From positions 450,001-482,000 of the forward strand of contig JAUIFI010000001.1 of NCBI GenBank assembly GCA_030429505.1: a DNA stretch of 32,000 nt. The letters run 5' to 3'. Under the pieces are notes generated by a model, which worked only from the letters and a program-made list of their open reading frames with translations, was not told where the DNA came from and did no database searches. Source of the stretch: Candidatus Saccharimonadota bacterium (GTDB taxonomy: Bacteria > Patescibacteriota > Gracilibacteria > UBA4473). Below, piece by piece: positions 28,078-32,000 of the stretch (position 1 is the first letter of the stretch; the number at the start of each line of letters is the position of its first letter). Position numbers and translations under genes: made by a program.

Positions 28078-28106
28078 TTGATATAAACAACAAAAAATGC
28101 TACAAT
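28078..28106 (+). promoter_or_regulatory. sigma70-like promoter for the antiporter gene (TTGATA-N17-TACAAT, TGC extended -10)
   Basis: The sequence is ttgata(28078-83)-17 nt-tacaat(28101-06), 20 nt upstream of ATG 28127. Confidence 0.5.
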
Positions 28107-28126
28107 AAGAGGATAAGAATTAAAAA

Positions 28127-29299
28127 ATGAACGAACTGAGTTGTATTACAATAGCTCTTTTGATCACCTTCCTCGGATCAGAGCTTGCTCATAAATTCAA
28201 ATATCCAAGAGTTATAGGACAACTCGTTATAAGCTTCATCCTTGCTATTCCATTTATAAAAGAATTTTTTACCGAAGATTCAATTCGTATCATTCACACC
28301 TTGTCAGAACTAGGAGTTCTCTTTCTTCTTCTTCTTACAGGATTCAAGATTGACCTACATGAACTCAATGGAAACAAAAAAGATGCTTCTGTAATTGCTA
28401 TATTTGCAGCAGTGATACCTTTTCTTTTGGGAATGGGACTCGCAAAATTCTTAGGATATTCCCTGACCACCGGATTTGTACTAGGGGCTTGTATGGCAGT
28501 GACAGCAGAAGGGACAAAAGTAGCAATACTGCTAGAAATGAAAAAAATAAAAACAAGGCTTGCCAATATTATGCTCGGCGCAGGGATTCTAGATGACATA
28601 TTTGAAATTCTTTTTCTAGGAATCATTGTCATGATGGCACGAGGAGCAACGACGAACAACCATATTCTTCTCATTTTTTCAAAATTTCTTGCTTTCATAC
28701 TCTTCATTTACGCAAGCTTCAAACTCGTCCCGCATCTCATCGCAAAACTCCGCAATCAGTCAACGAAAGTCCCTCTACTTAGAGCCATGATTATCATTGG
28801 GCTCTCCATTGCTGTCTTTTCTGAATTCGTCGGATTAGGCGCAGTATTAGGAGCTTTTATAGCCGGAATTATTTTACAAAAATCATTTTTCATTCCTGGA
28901 AACAGAGACCTTGAAGCAAAAAATCTAGAACTTTTTTCATTCGCTTTCATAGTCCCCTTCTTCTTTGTAAGCATAGGACTAAACTTTGACTATCAAGCTC
29001 TGATAAATAATCCTCTCCTGACTCTCTCCGTCCTAGGAATAGCTACTGGAGGGAAACTAATTGGAACATTTGCCGCAAAACCTTTTACCAATTTAACTTG
29101 GACACAACTCAATCTAACCGGATGGGGAATGAATTCTAGAGGAGTTATGGAACTTATTCTCGCTCAACTTGCTTTTTCTGCAGGGCTCATTAATGTCGAT
29201 CTTTATTCAGCCATAGTTTTCATGGCAATTACCACAACCACCATCTTTCCATTTGCTTTCAGAAGAATCTTAAAAAAACATCCTGACGTTATGAATTGA
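28127..29299 (+). CDS. cation:proton antiporter (CPA2 / Na_H_Exchanger family)
   Basis: The 390-aa polytopic membrane protein has about 11-12 hydrophobic helices. Its layout is Kef/NapA-like, with no C-terminal RCK/KTN domain. Confidence 0.78.
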   Translation: MNELSCITIALLITFLGSELAHKFKYPRVIGQLVISFILAIPFIKEFFTEDSIRIIHTLSELGVLFLLLLTGFKIDLHELNGNKKDASVIAIFAAVIPFLLGMGLAKFLGYSLTTGFVLGACMAVTAEGTKVAILLEMKKIKTRLANIMLGAGILDDIFEILFLGIIVMMARGATTNNHILLIFSKFLAFILFIYASFKLVPHLIAKLRNQSTKVPLLRAMIIIGLSIAVFSEFVGLGAVLGAFIAGIILQKSFFIPGNRDLEAKNLELFSFAFIVPFFFVSIGLNFDYQALINNPLLTLSVLGIATGGKLIGTFAAKPFTNLTWTQLNLTGWGMNSRGVMELILAQLAFSAGLINVDLYSAIVFMAITTTTIFPFAFRRILKKHPDVMN

Positions 29300-29494
29300 A
29301 AAAAGACAGTTTTAGATCCCTTGTCTTTGATCATAAAATCAACATAATAAAAACATGGAATTCCATCGTCATTAAATTTCACTAAAACATAAGAGGACTC
29401 ATTATGATTATGATTGTTTTTGGTGGAAATCATTCCTACCTACGTACTAGAAAGAGAAATTGAGTCCAGAAATCTCTCTAAAAAATAATTCAAT

Positions 29495-29863
29495 ATGCAA
29501 CTTATTTTTAAAATCACTCTAGCGATTGTTATGAATACAGGTCTATTTTGGATAATAGACCAATACATATTTCAGGAAACTTTTCTCATCACCGGAGGAA
29601 TCTACGGATACCTAGTAAGCGGTATGGTCTTTTCACTCATTAATACCCTTATTAAACCGATGTTGACCATAATAACCACTCCATTCAGAATCATCACCCT
29701 AGGACTTGCATCACTCGCAGTAAACGGATTTATACTCTTCATACTCCAAATTATTCTCAATGCCTTGAAACTCGAAAACATAACGTTCCTTATCACAGGA
29801 CTACTCACCTATCTCATTGCTGGATTGATATTGGCCCTTGCCAATAGTCTTATAAAGCCATAG
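29495..29863 (+). CDS. DUF360 / phage-holin-4_2 family membrane protein (YvlD-like)
   Basis: The 122-aa protein has 4 TM helices and the motif LINTLIKPMLTIITTPFRIITLGLASLAVNGFILFIL. Confidence 0.68.
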   Translation: MQLIFKITLAIVMNTGLFWIIDQYIFQETFLITGGIYGYLVSGMVFSLINTLIKPMLTIITTPFRIITLGLASLAVNGFILFILQIILNALKLENITFLITGLLTYLIAGLILALANSLIKP

Positions 29864-29917
29864 AAAAACTTGCGATTTTATCTCGCCTTACTATCATCCT
29901 ACAGAAAAAAGAAAAAT

Positions 29918-30133
29918 ATGCTCCAAATAATTCTGCTTGTTATCGCAATCCTTTTTATCGTTGTCGTTCTGGTTCAACAAAAAAACTCAAATCTCGGGTC
30001 TATGATGGGGGGAGATGCCGGTGAAGAAATGGTACAAACCAGACGTGGTGTTGATAAAATTCTTCATAGACTAACAATCATACTTGCAATACTCTTACTT
30101 GGAGGGGGAATATATATGATGTTTCTAGCATAA
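29918..30133 (+). CDS. secG: preprotein translocase subunit SecG
   Basis: The start is at ATG 29918 (MLQIILLVIAILFIVVVLVQQKNSNLGSMMGG...). There are two TM helices joined by a Gly-rich loop, and the length is 71 aa. The track start at 29870 adds 16 residues. Confidence 0.68.
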   Translation: MLQIILLVIAILFIVVVLVQQKNSNLGSMMGGDAGEEMVQTRRGVDKILHRLTIILAILLLGGGIYMMFLA

Positions 30134-30137
30134 CTCT

Positions 30138-31862
30138 ATGCGAAGACCAACGGCAAAATTTTCCCTGCGCAAAAAAGGAATACTACTTTCTATCATCCTT
30201 GGTTTGCTCATAACATTTGGTATTCTCTATCATCGTTTTTTCCAAACACACTCCAAACTCGTCCCCACCGAAGGGGGTATTTTTACCGAATCAACTATTG
30301 GCACTATCAAAAACCTAAATCCTTTATCTCCCCATACATCACTCTTTGACAAGGATCTTCACAAACTCATTTTCTCCGGACTACTCCGCTATAACCCCAC
30401 TTCAGGAAAGATAGAAGATGGGCTCGCTCACTTACAAATTAAAGACAATCGATCCTATACCCTCTCTCTTAAAGACTCTGCTCGATTTCAAGACGGACAA
30501 CCGGTTACCACCGATGACGTTCTTTTCACCTTTGAAAGCTTGATTAAAAACCCCCACTTTGAAAACAAATATCTCAAAGATGCCTTTGAATACACCTCAA
30601 TTCAAGTAGTCGACGATCAAACCATTGAGTTTAAAATCCCTGAACCAAATTTCTTCTTTCCAGGACTCCTCACCACACCAATTCTTCCTGCCAAATATTT
30701 CAAAAATGCCTACATCGAAGAAATAACAGACCCCCAATTCAGCTTCAACCAAAAACCTATAGGTGCTGGACCCTACCGCCTTACAAACATTGTTTCCAAC
30801 TTTGACGGGAGCTTCAGAGTATTTTTAGAAAAAAACAAATACTACTACACCAATCTCCCCAAGATAGAACAAATAGTATTTTACGTGCATCCATCATTTG
30901 AACATCTCAATCAATTCCATTCCTGGACTACTATTTTTTCTAATATTCCTCTCTCTCGCATCAAACAATTCCAAGAAAAACTAATACAAACCTTTCAGCT
31001 CTCAGAAGTCTACGAAAAAAGAGAATACCTTCTCCCAAGATTTACAGCACTCTTCTTCAATCTCGACACGCCCCTTCCTGCCAATCCTATTATCCGAAAA
31101 GCTCTCTCACAAAGCCTAGATAAAACCAAAATTATCGAAAACGAAACCTCATGGCAAGAGCTTGAATCATTCTTTCTCTTTGAAGGAATAAGTAATCAAC
31201 ATGATCAAAACGCAATAAACGCCAGACGAATATTACAAAATAATGGATTTCCTTACAAACAAGCAGAAGAACAAAGAATTATCCAAGATACCAAAGAGCC
31301 ATTAACATTAAATTTTATTACCTCTACCGCCCCTCCCGTCTACTCAAGATTTGCCCAAAACATAACCCATCAATGGGAGAAAGAACTCAATCTAAAAATA
31401 AATCTTGAAATACTTCCCCCTGAAGAATTTCGACAACGAATGGCAAAAAGAGAATATGACATTATCTTGTTTGGACAAAATTTCTCACAAAACTTCGACT
31501 CACTCTCTCTATGGCATTCGGCTGAAAGTGGAAAATTCAACCTCTCAAACCTTACTAATGAAGACATAGATTTTCTTATTAATGAAGTCCGTACTACAGG
31601 TTCTCAAACAGATCTTTTCACACTCAGTGAAAAACTTACAAGTCTTATTCCAGCCATTCCTCTTGCTACCCCAAAATACAACCTTCTCATTTCCCAAGAA
31701 CTAAAAAACTTCTCCAATACTTTTGGAGGGAATAACAGATCTCACGCTGATCGGTTTTTTGGCATCGAAACCTGGTATTTCAAAGAAGAAATAGATTGGG
31801 ATCTCCCCCCAGACACCTCTAAATTAGGAACTTTTTTTCGATGGCTCTTTACTGGAACATAA
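30138..31862 (+). CDS. ABC transporter substrate-binding protein, family 5 (peptide/nickel, OppA/DppA-like), N-terminal TM anchor
   Basis: The N-terminal anchor is GILLSIILGLLITFGIL. SBP_bac_5-type motifs are present (TIKNLNPL, DGQPVTTDDVLFTFE, IGAGPYRL). Confidence 0.78.
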   Translation: MRRPTAKFSLRKKGILLSIILGLLITFGILYHRFFQTHSKLVPTEGGIFTESTIGTIKNLNPLSPHTSLFDKDLHKLIFSGLLRYNPTSGKIEDGLAHLQIKDNRSYTLSLKDSARFQDGQPVTTDDVLFTFESLIKNPHFENKYLKDAFEYTSIQVVDDQTIEFKIPEPNFFFPGLLTTPILPAKYFKNAYIEEITDPQFSFNQKPIGAGPYRLTNIVSNFDGSFRVFLEKNKYYYTNLPKIEQIVFYVHPSFEHLNQFHSWTTIFSNIPLSRIKQFQEKLIQTFQLSEVYEKREYLLPRFTALFFNLDTPLPANPIIRKALSQSLDKTKIIENETSWQELESFFLFEGISNQHDQNAINARRILQNNGFPYKQAEEQRIIQDTKEPLTLNFITSTAPPVYSRFAQNITHQWEKELNLKINLEILPPEEFRQRMAKREYDIILFGQNFSQNFDSLSLWHSAESGKFNLSNLTNEDIDFLINEVRTTGSQTDLFTLSEKLTSLIPAIPLATPKYNLLISQELKNFSNTFGGNNRSHADRFFGIETWYFKEEIDWDLPPDTSKLGTFFRWLFTGT

Positions 31863-31868
31863 AAAAAG

Positions 31869-32000
31869 ATGAAAAAAATATCCACCCAAATTATCAAAAA
31901 CTTAATTCTGGAAAATGAACGCCCCTCTCATCAATCAGAAAAAAATTTACTCGCCATCGACTACGGCATAAAACATTGTGGACTCGCTTTCTCTCCAGAC
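31869..32000 (+). CDS. ruvX: Holliday junction resolvase-like RuvX/YqgF, 5' part only
   Basis: The motif LLAIDYGIKHCGLAFSP matches the YqgF N-terminal motif (lglDyG.k.iGvA.s). The ORF runs off the right edge. Confidence 0.6.
   Translation, partial: MKKISTQIIKNLILENERPSHQSEKNLLAIDYGIKHCGLAFSPD

Noticed and set aside
29203-29433. A 76-aa minus-strand ORF partly lies in the antiporter-DUF360 intergenic region.
   Set aside because: It overlaps the last 97 nt of the antiporter gene on the opposite strand. Its SD-like element has poor spacing and no family was recognised. It could be real, but I cannot support it.

Overview
This is a low-GC, gene-dense bacterial chromosomal window that uses the standard genetic code: TGA is used as a stop at 2828, 7849, 10839 and 19272. 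I support about 33 protein-coding genes and saw no rRNA, tRNA, CRISPR array, transposase or integrase. All domain calls rest on motif recognition by eye, because no HMM or BLAST search could be run.

The housekeeping backbone is yebC, an RsuA/RluB-type pseudouridine synthase, ndk, ssb, nadK, fmt, groES-groEL, eno, tgt, recX, dnaK, a LOG-family protein, a macro-domain protein, rsmA/ksgA, a CPA2 cation:proton antiporter, a DUF360/holin-4-like protein, secG, a family-5 solute-binding protein and the 5' end of ruvX/yqgF. groESL and dnaK both carry CIRCE (HrcA) operators built into near-consensus sigma70-type promoters. Several rho-independent terminators are clear.

The unusual feature is the density and diversity of secreted or surface proteins between the core genes.
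- A co-directional cluster (2828..7852) contains two tandem paralogous FN3/Ig-like/FN3 proteins ending in LPxTG-like sorting signals. It also contains a 795-aa SLH + RlpA-DPBB + CAP/SCP fusion whose start overlaps the ndk stop.
- A third LPxTG-like protein lies at 16652..17761.
- Two proteins with Bacteroidota-style T9SS-type C-terminal sorting domains lie at 22691..24689.
- A Cys-rich lipoprotein with Kazal-like and Kunitz-like cysteine patterns lies at 26979..27518.
- A thrombospondin-type-3-repeat membrane protein is start/stop-coupled to fmt.

The gene content, missing Shine-Dalgarno (SD) sites on most genes and acidic surface proteins suggest a small-genome uncultivated lineage, possibly CPR/Patescibacteria-like. 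This is inference only. No defence system or mobile element is evident. The best candidates for undescribed biology are the surface-protein cluster, the co-occurrence of Gram-positive-type and T9SS-type sorting signals, and the putative multi-inhibitor lipoprotein.
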